Notes: generated from the sequence alone by a model not told the origin. DNA of 64,000 bases from Vicinamibacteria bacterium (GCA_963668695.2 CAXXLQ010000004.1:1120001-1184000), one strand, 5' to 3'; shown: positions 34,339 through 44,740, counted from the stretch's first letter. Numbers and translations: made by a program.

Positions 34339-35025
34339 ATGACTACGCAGCCGATCACCACCGCGCTCTTCGATTTCCTGCGCGACCTGCGGGAGAACAA
34401 CGATCGCGAGTGGTTCCAGGCCAACAAGGGCCGCTACCTGGCTGAGGTACGCGACCCGATGCTGGACTTCATCGGCGCCTTTGCCGCTCCGCTCGCCGAG
34501 ATCAGCCCCCATTTCGTGGCCGACCCGCGGCCGAACGGCGGATCGCTGTTCCGGATTTATCGGGACACCCGGTTCTCGCGGGACAAGACGCCGTACAAGA
34601 CGAACGTGGGCGCGCACTTCCGCCACGCCGCGGGAAAGGACGCGCATGCGCCGGGCTTCTATCTCCATCTGGAGCCCGGGATGTGCTTTGCCGGGTGCGG
34701 GATCTGGAGGCCGGACGGCCCAACCGTGGCGAAGATCCGCGAAGCGATCGACGGTGAGCAGCAGGCCTGGACGCGGATCACCACGGCGCGGGCGTTCACC
34801 GAGACGTTCGAACTGGCGGGCGAATCACTCAAGCGGTCGCCGCGGGGCTACGAACCGGATCACCCGCTGGTCGAGGATCTGAAGCGCAAGGACTTCGTCG
34901 CCGCTACGAGCTTCTCGGAAGCCGAAGTGGTGGAGTCGGACTTCCTGGACTGGTTCGCGGGGATCGCGCGGCGGGGAGCGCCGCTCGTCGAGTTCCTGTC
35001 GAGGGCGGTGGGGGTGGATTTCTAG
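34339..35025 (+). CDS. DUF2461 (TIGR02453) family protein
   Basis: NNDREWF, FRIYRDTRFSRDKTPYKT, GFYLHLEP. Confidence 0.9.
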   Translation: MTTQPITTALFDFLRDLRENNDREWFQANKGRYLAEVRDPMLDFIGAFAAPLAEISPHFVADPRPNGGSLFRIYRDTRFSRDKTPYKTNVGAHFRHAAGKDAHAPGFYLHLEPGMCFAGCGIWRPDGPTVAKIREAIDGEQQAWTRITTARAFTETFELAGESLKRSPRGYEPDHPLVEDLKRKDFVAATSFSEAEVVESDFLDWFAGIARRGAPLVEFLSRAVGVDF

Positions 35026-35030
35026 GCCGG

Positions 35031-35426
35031 CTACGGCAGGTTCAGCTGCCAGGACACGCCGAAGCGGTCCTGCACCCACGCGAAGCGGCGGCTGAACCCG
35101 TAGTTGTCGAGCGGCATCAGGAATTTGCCGCCCTCGACGAGAGCGGTGCTGAGTTCAGCGATCTCCTTTTCGCTCCGGCATGCCACGAATAGCGAGATCG
35201 CCGGGGTGAAGGTGAAGTCATGGGAGACGTAGCTGTCGTTCAGGAGCACGGGCTGGCCCCGGAGGGAGATGGAGGCGAGCAACACGGAGCCTTCCGGCCC
35301 GGGGCCGTCCGGGCCGTACTTCTGGACGTTCAGGATCTCGCTGTCCGGGATGGTCCGGACATAGAGGTTCATGGCTTCTTCGGCTTGGCCCTCGAACATG
35401 AGGAAGGGGGTAACGGCGCTTTGCAT
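35031..35426 (-). CDS. VOC family protein (PhnB-like)
   Basis: TPFLMFEGQAEEAM, FTPAISLFV, DRFGVSWQL. Confidence 0.9.
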   Translation of the reverse strand: MQSAVTPFLMFEGQAEEAMNLYVRTIPDSEILNVQKYGPDGPGPEGSVLLASISLRGQPVLLNDSYVSHDFTFTPAISLFVACRSEKEIAELSTALVEGGKFLMPLDNYGFSRRFAWVQDRFGVSWQLNLP

Positions 35427-35650
35427 GGGGTCCTCCGGGGTGGGATTGTGGACGGCGGTGCGCGGTGAGGGGGTTTGTGCGTTCGCCGCGCTCCGCGCGG
35501 CGCTGCCGGTCTGAGGTCGGCGTTCCAAGCCGTCCCCGCGCTCTTGCTCGATCGGCGGTGGGAGTTTCGCCCGCTGCGCGGGCGATGCCGGTCTGAAGAC
35601 CGGCGCTCCTTTGCTTCTGCGCCGTGATGCCGTGGGGGGCCGGCGTTCCG

Positions 35651-37195
35651 TCAGCCCTTCAGGTAGGCGTCGCGGAGGGGGGGCTTTTGGACTTTGCCGG
35701 AGGGGGTGCGGGGGATCGTGTCCACGAAGACGATCTCGCGGGGGCGCTTGTAGCGGGCCAGGCGGCTCTCGCAGTGAGCGATCAGAGCGTCCGCCGTCAC
35801 CTCGGCCGACCGGGCCACAAGTGCGACGGGCGCCTCCCCCCAGCGTTCGTCCGGGACGCCGAAGACGGTGCAGTCCTCAACCGCCGGATGGCTCCCGAGC
35901 GCCGTTTCGAGCTCGGCGGGGTGAATGTTGAAACCGCCCGAGATGATGATCTCCCGGGATCTCCCGACCAGCGTGATGTAGCCGTCCTCGTCGGATTTCG
36001 CGAGGTCCCCCGTCCAACCCCAGCCGTCGCGGAAATAACGGGCGGTTTCCTCCTCGTCCTCGAAGTAGCCCTCCATCAGGAACGGCCCCCGCGCCACCAC
36101 CTCTCCGATGGTGCCTGGTGGGACCGGGTTTCCGTCCGGGTCCACGATCCGGAGGTCCACTCCCGCTGCTGCCTGACCGACGGTGCCGGCGTGCGCCTCG
36201 GTGTCCCGGGGTTTGAGGATCGTCAGCGGTCCGGTCTCGGATTGCCCGTAGTGATCGGTGTAACCGCAGTGCGGCAGGGCCTTCCGGCATTCCGCGATCA
36301 GACCCGGAGGCGTCGGCGCGCCACCCACTCCGATGTTTCTGAGCGAAGCCAGCCGCTCCCGATCGAAGGCGGGCCAACGGAGCAGATCGCGGACCTGGAC
36401 CGGCACCAGGAACACCGATGAGATCCGGTGCCGCTCGGTTGCGGCGATGAACTCCGCGGGATCCCACTTGTGGAAGATCACGGCAGTGCTCCCAACCAGG
36501 ATCGAGGCCTGGTACCAGATCATCAGTCCCACGGCGTGGAACATGGGGGTAACCACGCCGACGACGTCCTGAGCCGTGACTTGGTGTTCGCGGGCGGTGC
36601 TGGCTGCCGAGACGAAGCGCGCCGTGTGACTGACCACCGCCCCCTTCGGGCGGCCCGTGGTGCCGCCGGTGAACGTCATGGCGACGGGCGCCGCCGGGTT
36701 GATGTCCCGGTTGATCTCCCCGTCGATTTCCTGGTCCGGAGGGGTGTCGGGCTGGGCCGCGACCGCTTCGCCGAATTCGAGCGCTCCGTCGAGCGCTCCG
36801 TCGAGCGTCGGAACTCCGGTGACGATCAGCGTCGGGATGGCCGACAAGCAGGCGTCGCTCAGCCGATTCTGGACAGCGGAATCCACTACCAGCACCCGCG
36901 GGCGGGTGCGCTCCAGAATGTCGGCGATCTCGGCCGCCGCGTAGAGCGGCGGAATGTGCACCAACACGCTGCCGGCCCGGGCGTTTCCGAAATGGACAAC
37001 GCCGTATTCCGGGCTGTTGAACAGCAGGCTCGCGATCCGGTCGCCGGGGCCTACCCCCGCCGAGATCAGCAGGTTCGCGAAGCGGTTCGCCAGCCGGTCG
37101 TATTCCCCGAAGTCGAACCGCCGGTCGCCGGCGATGACCGCGGTCTTCCGCGGCGCCCGCCGGGCGGCGAGCCGCAGGATTTCGCCGAGCGTCAA
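35651..37195 (-). CDS. Acyl-CoA synthetase / AMP-binding enzyme
   Basis: FTGGTTGRPKG, YGQSE, TGDLA, PRTPSGKVQK. Confidence 0.9.
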   Translation of the reverse strand: MTLGEILRLAARRAPRKTAVIAGDRRFDFGEYDRLANRFANLLISAGVGPGDRIASLLFNSPEYGVVHFGNARAGSVLVHIPPLYAAAEIADILERTRPRVLVVDSAVQNRLSDACLSAIPTLIVTGVPTLDGALDGALEFGEAVAAQPDTPPDQEIDGEINRDINPAAPVAMTFTGGTTGRPKGAVVSHTARFVSAASTAREHQVTAQDVVGVVTPMFHAVGLMIWYQASILVGSTAVIFHKWDPAEFIAATERHRISSVFLVPVQVRDLLRWPAFDRERLASLRNIGVGGAPTPPGLIAECRKALPHCGYTDHYGQSETGPLTILKPRDTEAHAGTVGQAAAGVDLRIVDPDGNPVPPGTIGEVVARGPFLMEGYFEDEEETARYFRDGWGWTGDLAKSDEDGYITLVGRSREIIISGGFNIHPAELETALGSHPAVEDCTVFGVPDERWGEAPVALVARSAEVTADALIAHCESRLARYKRPREIVFVDTIPRTPSGKVQKPPLRDAYLKG

Positions 37196-37211
37196 GAAAC
37201 TGTCGCCGGGC

Positions 37212-38459
37212 TCAGACGGCTCCCACGCTCCGGTCTTCCGGGAGCCGGCACATGCGCTCCATGGGCTCGAAGATGCTCTCCACCCCCGAGCCGAAGACGT
37301 TGCCGGCCAGGATGTCGATGACTCCCTGCCGGCATTCCGGATGGGCCTTGAGGAAGTCCGCGAAGTTGAAGTGGCGGTCGTAGAAGGCGTACACCAGTTT
37401 GCGAAAGGCGCGCATTCCCGCGAGGAACTCCTCGCCGAAGGCTCCGAGCGCGGCGCCAGAGAGGTCGCCCTTGGTCAGACAATGACAAATTGTGTCGGCC
37501 GCCAACTCTCCGGATTTGAGGGCCAGCAGCACCCCGGTCGAATAGATGGGATCCAGGAACGCGAAGGCGTCGCCGACGAGCACCCAGCCGTCTCCGGCGA
37601 TCTGTTCCGCGCAGTAGGAAAAATCCTGAACAACCCTGACGGGAAAACCCTGCTCGGCGCCGGCCACGCGCTCCTCGAGGGCCGGACAATTCCGGATCTC
37701 CGCTTCGAACCGGGTCTGGGCATCGCTCCCTCGTCCCAACAGGTACTCCAGGTCGCCTACCACCCCGACGCTCACGATGTCGCCGGCGAGTGGGATGTAC
37801 CAGAACCAGGAATCCCGGTTCCGGGTGTGCATGATCAGGGTCGCCCCTTCGTCGATGCCGGCGTCGCGCCGGGCGCCCCGAAAGTGAGAGAAGATGGAAA
37901 CCTTCTTGAGGTTCGGCTCCGCTACCCGAAGTCCCAGTTTCCTGGCGAGGAGGGCATTGCGTCCGGTGGCGTCCACCACCACCCGCGCCGGAACCTCCGC
38001 GACGGTCGCGGTCGCGTCTTGCGCCCGGATCCCGACCGCCTGCTCCCCTTCGAACATCACGTCCCGTACCTGGACGCCGCGGCGGAACTGAACCCCCAGT
38101 TCCACCGCCCGCTCCAGCAGCAGGCCATCGAACTCGCTGCGCCGCACCTGCCAGGTGGTGGAGCGTTCGTGGGGGTCGGTCTCCGAGAAGTAGAAGGGTG
38201 CGGAACCGCGGCCCGAAGCGCTGAAGAACTGGACGCTGTGCTTGCGCTGGAATTGGCTCTTCTTGAGGCGCTCGACGAGTCCCAGCCGCTCGAAGGTGCC
38301 GTAGGTATAGGGCACCAGGGATTCCCCGACCTTGAACGGCGGGCTCTTCTCGCGCTCCAGCAGGCCGACGCGGAAACCCTGCTCCGCGACCAGCGCGGCC
38401 ACGGTGCTGCCGGCGGGCCCGCCGCCCATGACCACGACGTCCAGCGGGTCCTGAAACAC
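37212..38459 (-). CDS. FAD-dependent oxidoreductase, flavin-dependent halogenase-like
   Basis: GGGPAG, KVGESL, WFWYIP (WxWxIP), GDAFAFLDPIYSTGV. Confidence 0.85.
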   Translation of the reverse strand: MFQDPLDVVVMGGGPAGSTVAALVAEQGFRVGLLEREKSPPFKVGESLVPYTYGTFERLGLVERLKKSQFQRKHSVQFFSASGRGSAPFYFSETDPHERSTTWQVRRSEFDGLLLERAVELGVQFRRGVQVRDVMFEGEQAVGIRAQDATATVAEVPARVVVDATGRNALLARKLGLRVAEPNLKKVSIFSHFRGARRDAGIDEGATLIMHTRNRDSWFWYIPLAGDIVSVGVVGDLEYLLGRGSDAQTRFEAEIRNCPALEERVAGAEQGFPVRVVQDFSYCAEQIAGDGWVLVGDAFAFLDPIYSTGVLLALKSGELAADTICHCLTKGDLSGAALGAFGEEFLAGMRAFRKLVYAFYDRHFNFADFLKAHPECRQGVIDILAGNVFGSGVESIFEPMERMCRLPEDRSVGAV

Positions 38460-38498
38460 GGTGTCAGGGAAGGGAAGCGAGCCGACGGCCGATCCCCG

Positions 38499-39812
38499 TC
38501 AGACGTAGGCGACGCCCCGGTTCGCGGGTTCGTAGAACTCGGGCAGCAGGGAATCCACTCGCAGGAGGCCCTGGGGAGTCAGCCGGATGTCGTCCCCGTA
38601 GAGCGTCACCATGCTCTCTCGTTTCAGCTTGTCGAAGGCGGAACTGAACTCGTCGGTCAGCTCGACGCCGAATTTGTCGCGGAAGTACGTGGGGTCGAGG
38701 TGTCCCAGTTTCAGTTGCAGGATGGTTTCGCGGATCAGCCGTTCCCGCGAGGACGTAGGGAACGCGCGGTCGATGGGAAACGAGCCCCCTTCGAGCGCCG
38801 AAAGGTAGGTGTCCCACGAAGAGGTGTTTTGGTAGTGCACGCCCTGCAGGTATCCGAACGAAGCCACCCCGGTCGCCAGCATGTCCGAACCGCGCCATAA
38901 AGCGTCACGGTAGACGAAGCGGGCGACGCGCCCCTTCTTCTTCACCGTGTAGGCGCTCGAGGGTTCGAAGCCGGCGGCCCGGAACTGTTCGAACGCGTAC
39001 GCGTGCCAGTCGCGCCGCGTCTGCCAGCTGGCGAAGAGCGGAGTTTCCCCGTCGCTTCCCAGGATCTTCTGCGCGTACACCGTGTTGTAGGGCAGTTCCA
39101 TCTGATAGACGGTGATGCTGTCGGGGTCGAGATCGATCGTCTCCTGCACCGTCCGGCGCCAGAGATCCCAGGTTTCGCCCAGCATGCCGGCGATCAGGTC
39201 CACGTTGACCTGCTCGAAGTCGGCCTCCCGGATCCAGGGCATGCACCGGTGGATTTCCTTCGTAGTGTGAGCCCGGCCGTTTTCCCGGAGGATCTCGTCG
39301 TTCATGTTTTCGAGGCCCAGGCTCAGCCGGGTGACCCCGATGTCCTTGATCGCGTGGACCTTGGCCTCGGTCAGGGTGCCCGGTTCGCACTCGAACGCCA
39401 CCTCCTCCAGATCGGACCAGGAGAAGGCGTCCTTCAGGCGAACGACCAGGCCGAGAAGCTGTTTGGGACTGATGAAGGACGGCGTTCCGCCACCGAAATA
39501 GACGAAGCGGAGGGGCCGGCCAAGGACGGCCGGCTGCGTTGAATAGAGCTCCGCCTCCCGCCCCAGAGCGTCCAGATACCGTTCGACCTCCTTGCTGTTC
39601 TTGTCGGTATAGACCCGGAAATAGCAGAACTTGCAGCGTTTCCGGCAGAAGGGAATGTGGAGGTAGAGCCCGAGGCTGTTCCTTCCGGGGCCCGCGGGCC
39701 GGCCGAGGGCCTCCTGGAACGCGGGAAGGTGGTCCGGGGTCCAGCGGGAGTACGGCGGGTAATTGGAGACGAAAACGTTGCCGAGGTCGGCTTCGCGCGC
39801 TGGCTCAGTCAT
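38499..39812 (-). CDS. HemN-like radical SAM protein
   Basis: YLHIPFCRKRCKFCYF, YFGGGTPS, RLSLG, NVDLIAG. Confidence 0.9.
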   Translation of the reverse strand: MTEPAREADLGNVFVSNYPPYSRWTPDHLPAFQEALGRPAGPGRNSLGLYLHIPFCRKRCKFCYFRVYTDKNSKEVERYLDALGREAELYSTQPAVLGRPLRFVYFGGGTPSFISPKQLLGLVVRLKDAFSWSDLEEVAFECEPGTLTEAKVHAIKDIGVTRLSLGLENMNDEILRENGRAHTTKEIHRCMPWIREADFEQVNVDLIAGMLGETWDLWRRTVQETIDLDPDSITVYQMELPYNTVYAQKILGSDGETPLFASWQTRRDWHAYAFEQFRAAGFEPSSAYTVKKKGRVARFVYRDALWRGSDMLATGVASFGYLQGVHYQNTSSWDTYLSALEGGSFPIDRAFPTSSRERLIRETILQLKLGHLDPTYFRDKFGVELTDEFSSAFDKLKRESMVTLYGDDIRLTPQGLLRVDSLLPEFYEPANRGVAYV

Positions 39813-39938
39813 TTCTCAGAACCCGGTTCTTCCGGGGGAATCTCGGCTGCCTTGCGGGTGCGGCTTCGAGGGTAAGGAGTCGGATTCTACCGGCAGGGGC
39901 GGTTCGGAACGCTCGTCGGCTACGGGCGAAGGGGCCGC

Positions 39939-41297
39939 TTAGCGCCGGCTCAGGGTGACCGGGATTCCGTAGCGCGGTTTCAGCGTGACTTTGGCGGCCG
40001 CTTCGATCGGATGGTCCGGGGCCACCCGGACCCGGAAGCGCTGGACGATCTGGGCCAAGACGAGCTGGATCTCGAGCATCGCCATGCCGGCGCCGATACA
40101 GGTTCTCGGGCCCGCGCCGAACGGCAGATACGAGAAGAAATGCCGATTCTTGCTGCGTTCCGGATGGAAGCGCTCCGGGTCGAATCGCTCGGCGTCGGGC
40201 CAGAACTCCGGGTGCCGGTGCAGGGCGTAGGGAATGATGGCCACGTAGGCGCGCGCTGGTAGCAGATATCCGTCGAACACTTCTTCATGCTCTGCGCGCC
40301 GAGCGAAGGCCCACACCGGGGGATAAAGGCGCATCGCTTCCTGAACGACCTGTTTCAAGTACGGGAAATGTGACAAGTTTTGTCCCGTTAGCGATTCTCC
40401 GCCGAGCCCGGAAGCGAGGTGGTGCACCAATTCCGCTTCGATCTCCGGATGGGTGGCGAGCAGGTAGAGAGTCCACGAGAGCGCGGTAGCTGACGTTTCG
40501 TGTCCTGCCAGCATGAGGGTCACCACTTCGTCGCGGAGCTGGCGGTCGTCCATGCCTTCGCTCGAATCCTCGTCACGCGCCTGAATCAGGCGGTCGAGGA
40601 TGTCCCCTGTCCCGTCGCCGGCGCGGCTGCGGGTGGCGAGTATTCCGTAGACGACGCTGTCCAGCCGTTTCCGGGCGCGCTTGAATTTGCGGTTGTAGGG
40701 GGTGGGAAGCCAGGAATAGAGGGTCATCAGGGCGCGCGGTTCGAAAGGCTGCAGGTTGGTGATTTCCGAAATCTCACGAACTTCGTCGGCATAGCCCTCG
40801 ATGTTGCGTCCGAACAGGGTCGCTCCGACGATCCGGAACGTGAGCTTGCTCATCTCCCGGTCGAGCCAGATGCGGTCGTCGCCCGCCCGCCGATCCCACT
40901 CGTCCAGCATGGACGCCGCCAGCGCGTTGATCGTCCGGTCGAAGCCCTGGACCGTCCGGTGGCTGAAGGAAGGCTGGACGAGTCGCCGCTGCCGAACCCA
41001 GTCGGGCCCGTCGTTTGTAACGAGGCCGTTGCCCATGATCTGCGCGAGCACGCGGTAGCCGAGCGTCTTCTTGGAAAAATGCTGGTAGCTCTGCGAGAGG
41101 ACCGGACGCAGGAACTCAGGGTTGTTCACGAGATAGACGTCTCGCAGACTGCGCCAAAGCATGAAATCGCCGTACTCGCGCAGCAGTTCGTGCATCCAGA
41201 GATGCGGCGTCCGCTGGTATTCGAAAAACCCGTGAAAGAACCCGTGAAACCGCCGCGTCGTCGGCGGGCGTTGGAGACGGCGGCGGTTGGCGGTCAC
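39939..41297 (-). CDS. Cytochrome P450
   Basis: AGHETSA, EAMRLYPP, FDPERF, PFGAGPRTCIG. Confidence 0.93.
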   Translation of the reverse strand: MTANRRRLQRPPTTRRFHGFFHGFFEYQRTPHLWMHELLREYGDFMLWRSLRDVYLVNNPEFLRPVLSQSYQHFSKKTLGYRVLAQIMGNGLVTNDGPDWVRQRRLVQPSFSHRTVQGFDRTINALAASMLDEWDRRAGDDRIWLDREMSKLTFRIVGATLFGRNIEGYADEVREISEITNLQPFEPRALMTLYSWLPTPYNRKFKRARKRLDSVVYGILATRSRAGDGTGDILDRLIQARDEDSSEGMDDRQLRDEVVTLMLAGHETSATALSWTLYLLATHPEIEAELVHHLASGLGGESLTGQNLSHFPYLKQVVQEAMRLYPPVWAFARRAEHEEVFDGYLLPARAYVAIIPYALHRHPEFWPDAERFDPERFHPERSKNRHFFSYLPFGAGPRTCIGAGMAMLEIQLVLAQIVQRFRVRVAPDHPIEAAAKVTLKPRYGIPVTLSRR

Positions 41298-41323
41298 GGT
41301 CCCGATCGGCCTCCGGGGACTAG

Positions 41324-41574
41324 CGGCCGGTGGTGGAACCCGGGTGAGCGCCGAGAGCGCCAGTTCTCCCGGTGGGGGGGAGGCGCCCGGCTGACAAGGC
41401 GCGTGAGGGAGGAGCCCCCACCGGGAGAACTGGCCCGGGTGTATTGCGACCGAAACGCAACGCAGAACGCCAGTTCTCCCGGTGGGAGGGCGAAGCGGAG
41501 TGGTTCAGCCGGGATGCATCGCCGCTCGAGCCCCCACCGGGAGAACTGGGCCGCCTGGGTTTCACCACCGGCTG
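41324..41574. mobile_element. MITE-like element with internal REP-like modules
   Basis: Ends cggccggtggtggaacc / ggtttcaccaccggctg; flanks ctag/ctgg; four ccccaccgggagaactgg modules in alternating orientation. Confidence 0.7.
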
Positions 41575-41622
41575 CTGGGGTGTAAGGGATCGTCGGAGTT
41601 GTCAAGTGAGACACGGAGCGCG

Positions 41623-42459
41623 TCACACCAGCACCACCGCCGCCGGCGGCAGCGCGCCGGCAGCGGCCTCCGCCCGGTAGCACTCCCCTGCGGTGGCGGC
41701 GAGGGGAGGAGTCAGGGTTCCCGTGGTGATGACCTCCCCGGGGCAGAGCGGATTCCCCTGATCCGCCGCCATTTCGGCCAGCACCCCGACCGCGTCCAGC
41801 GGGTTCCCGAGGACCATGCGGCCAGCCCCGTCCGCCACGTGTCCGGCGGCCGCGGGATCGTCCGCCGGCGCCCGGGTCATGGACACCACGAGTGCGGCCA
41901 TCGCGGCCGCGGCGGCCTCCGGATCGTCCACCGGGACGAGCGGCCCCACGGCGAGCCCGTGATGGATCCCGCCGGCGGCTACCGCGTCAGCGGGGCGCAT
42001 GTTCCAACCGGGATACGGCGAGTCCACGACCTCGAAGCCGAGGCCGATCTCGGCCACGTGGCGGGCGACAGCGGCGCCCCGGTCTCCCTTTTCGGGGGTG
42101 GAGCGGAGCACCACCACGACCTCGCATTCGATCTTCGGCTCGACGGCGCCCGCCATGGAAATGGCCGGGGCCTGGCCGCCCGGCCCGGTGCGGGTCACCG
42201 ACTCTTCGAACATGGATCCCCACACCGGCAGGGTCAGCCCGGCCTTTTCCCAGAGCGCGGGGTTCGTGAACCCGATCTTGCGACCGACCACCGGGGACCG
42301 GGCGGCCCGGCGGCAGGCGACGATCCCGGCCACCTGGTACGCCTCGGCAAGGCCGAACCCGGAGACGCGGCCGGTAAAGGGAGCGAGCCGGCCGCCGGCG
42401 GCGCGGGCGGCGATGATTTCCTCGGCGATGGCCATGGGATCGAACGATGGGTCAGTCAT
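41623..42459 (-). CDS. 2-keto-4-pentenoate hydratase-like (FAH superfamily)
   Basis: VVGRKIGFTN, EPKIECEV, FEVVDS, LGNPL, VITTGTLT. Confidence 0.85.
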   Translation of the reverse strand: MTDPSFDPMAIAEEIIAARAAGGRLAPFTGRVSGFGLAEAYQVAGIVACRRAARSPVVGRKIGFTNPALWEKAGLTLPVWGSMFEESVTRTGPGGQAPAISMAGAVEPKIECEVVVVLRSTPEKGDRGAAVARHVAEIGLGFEVVDSPYPGWNMRPADAVAAGGIHHGLAVGPLVPVDDPEAAAAAMAALVVSMTRAPADDPAAAGHVADGAGRMVLGNPLDAVGVLAEMAADQGNPLCPGEVITTGTLTPPLAATAGECYRAEAAAGALPPAAVVLV

Positions 42460-42526
42460 GGAATTCCTCCGGCCGGCAGTGTACGGATTCGGGTAGAGTC
42501 GGCCGCCCGCCGAAGGCGTTTCTCCA

Positions 42527-42910
42527 GTGTTCAGCATCTCCGTCCGGGACCACGTCATGTGCTCGCACGCGCTGCGCGGCGAGATCTTCGGCCCGGCCCA
42601 GAATCGCCACGGGGCCACCTACGCAGTCACCGCCGAGTTCCGCGGCCCGGAACTCGACGAACACGGCGTGTTGCTGGATCTCGGCTGGGCCAAGGAAGCG
42701 CTCGGCGAGACGCTCGCGCCGCTCCGTTACGCGGACCTCGACGAGGTGTTCCCGGGCGAGAACACCACCACCGAGTTCCTCTGCCGCTATGTGCACGGGG
42801 AGCTGGCGCGGCGCCTCCCGGCGAGCTTCCAGGGCGCGATCCGGGTGGAGCTCGTCGAAAATCCCCTGATGGCGGCTGCTTACGAAGCCCCCGTCGCCAA
42901 CCGCTCCTGA
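42527..42910 (+). CDS. 6-pyruvoyl/6-carboxy-tetrahydropterin synthase family protein
   Basis: RDHVMCSH, HGATY, NTTTEFL. Confidence 0.85.
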   Translation: MFSISVRDHVMCSHALRGEIFGPAQNRHGATYAVTAEFRGPELDEHGVLLDLGWAKEALGETLAPLRYADLDEVFPGENTTTEFLCRYVHGELARRLPASFQGAIRVELVENPLMAAAYEAPVANRS

Positions 42911-42921
42911 AGGAGTTCCGC

Positions 42922-44079
42922 TTGTCTGACGACGATCGTCCCCAGAGCCTCGATACCCGCGCCGTCCACGAAGGCGCGCTGCACCCCCGTCCGTTCGGCG
43001 CCGTCTCGACGCCGGTGTTCCAGACCGCGAACTTCGAGTACCACGGCGAGGAGTACCACGACGTCGGGTACCTGCGGCTCTCGAACAGCCCGAACCATCT
43101 CGTCCTCCACCGGCGGATCGCTTCGCTGGAGGGAGCGGAAGACGCGCTCGTCACCGGCAGCGGCATGGCTGCGATCTCGTCGGCGCTCCTCACGTTTTTG
43201 AGCGCCGGGGATCACCTGTTGGTCCAGGACGTGGTGTACGGCGGGACCGCCAACATGCTGGAGCACGATCTGCCTCGTTGGGGGATCAACCACACCAAGA
43301 TCGATCCGCAGGATCCGGCGTCCTGGGAGGCGGCGCTCACGCCTTCGACGCGGTTGATCTACGTCGAGACCCTGACGAATCCATTGGTTCAGATGGCCGA
43401 TCTCGAGGCGGTGGCAGCGTTCGCGAAAAGCAGCGGGCTGATCTCCATGATCGACAACACCTTCGCGAGCCCGGTGCTCTGCCGTCCGGCGGAATTGGGC
43501 TTCGATCTGGTGATGGAGAGCGCCACCAAGTACATGAACGGGCACAACGACCTGGTGGCGGGCTCGATTTCGGGCTCCGCGGAACGGGTGCGGCGGATCA
43601 AGCTCACGCTCGACCATCTCGGTGGCTCGCTCGATCCGCACGCGTGTGTGCTGCTGGAACGCGGGCTCAAGACCATCGGCCTCCGGGTGCGCCGGCAGTC
43701 GGCGAGCGCGCTTGAGATCGCCCGCTTCCTCGAGGGCCGCCCCGAGATCGCCGAGATCCACTATCCCGGCCTGCCCTCGCACGCCCAGCACGCCCGGGCC
43801 GCCCGCCTGCTCGGCGGCGGTTTCGGGGGGATGCTGGCGTTCGTGCACGCCGGCGGAGGGGAGGTTGCCGACGCCTTCGCGTCGCGCCTCGAGCTGCCGA
43901 CGGTGGCGGCGAGCCTCGGCGGGGTGGAGTCGCTCATCATCCGCCCGGCTGCCGCCATCCACAGCGGCCTGCCACCGGAAGCCCGCGCCGGCATGGGGAT
44001 CTCCGAGGGACTCATGCGGTTTTCCACCGGGGTGGAGGCCGTGGAAGACCTGATCGCCGATTTCACGCAGGCGCTCTGA
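42922..44079 (+). CDS. Cys/Met metabolism PLP enzyme (cystathionine gamma-synthase / methionine gamma-lyase family)
   Basis: SGMAAI, VYGGT, ETLTNP, DNTFASP, SATKYMNGHND, SLGGVESL; RBS AAGGAG before TTG. Confidence 0.9.
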   Translation: MSDDDRPQSLDTRAVHEGALHPRPFGAVSTPVFQTANFEYHGEEYHDVGYLRLSNSPNHLVLHRRIASLEGAEDALVTGSGMAAISSALLTFLSAGDHLLVQDVVYGGTANMLEHDLPRWGINHTKIDPQDPASWEAALTPSTRLIYVETLTNPLVQMADLEAVAAFAKSSGLISMIDNTFASPVLCRPAELGFDLVMESATKYMNGHNDLVAGSISGSAERVRRIKLTLDHLGGSLDPHACVLLERGLKTIGLRVRRQSASALEIARFLEGRPEIAEIHYPGLPSHAQHARAARLLGGGFGGMLAFVHAGGGEVADAFASRLELPTVAASLGGVESLIIRPAAAIHSGLPPEARAGMGISEGLMRFSTGVEAVEDLIADFTQAL

Positions 44080-44094
44080 CGCCGAGCCGGACCG

Positions 44095-44712
44095 GTGTTT
44101 CCCCCGCTTCCTCCGGAACGCTTCGGCATCATCTACGCCGACCCGCCCTGGGATTACAAGGGCCAGTTGCAGCACGCGGGGCCGGCCAGCGGCGACACCG
44201 GCGGCGCCATCCGGCACTACGGGACCGTCACCCTCGACGACCTCATAAAGCTCCCGGTCGGAACGATTGCGGCGGACGAGTGCCTCCTGTTCCTTTGGGC
44301 CACGAGCCCCCATCTGGACCAGGCGATCGAGTTGGGCAAGGCCTGGGGATTCGCCTGGGCGACCGTCGCTTTCGTCTGGGACAAGGTCCGGGTGAATCCG
44401 GGCTTTTACACGATGAGCCAGTGCGAGTTGTGCCTCGTGTTCCGCCGCGGCCGGATCCCCACGCCCCGCGGCGCGCGCAACGAACGCCAGCTCGTCCAGG
44501 CGGAGCGCGGGCCCCACTCGGAGAAGCCGGAGGAAGTGCGGCGCCGGATCGAACGGATGTTTCCGGAGCAGACGAAAATCGAACTCTTCGCCCGGCGGGA
44601 ACTCCCCGGCTGGCAGCCGTGGGGGCTGGAAACCGCTCTGGAATCCAGGGTTTCCGCACCGGAAGCGAGCTCCGCACCCGCCACCGGTGGAACGGGGCGC
44701 CGCTTCGGCTAG
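44095..44712 (+). CDS. MT-A70 family N6-adenine methyltransferase
   Basis: IYADPPW, LFLWAT, HSEKPE, KIELFARR. Confidence 0.9.
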   Translation: MFPPLPPERFGIIYADPPWDYKGQLQHAGPASGDTGGAIRHYGTVTLDDLIKLPVGTIAADECLLFLWATSPHLDQAIELGKAWGFAWATVAFVWDKVRVNPGFYTMSQCELCLVFRRGRIPTPRGARNERQLVQAERGPHSEKPEEVRRRIERMFPEQTKIELFARRELPGWQPWGLETALESRVSAPEASSAPATGGTGRRFG

Positions 44713-44740
44713 CCGGCCCACGCTGTCTCCGGGCTGCCAG

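Noticed and set aside
38499-39812. Calling the radical SAM gene hemN
   Set aside because: Family-level similarity only; no haem pathway context
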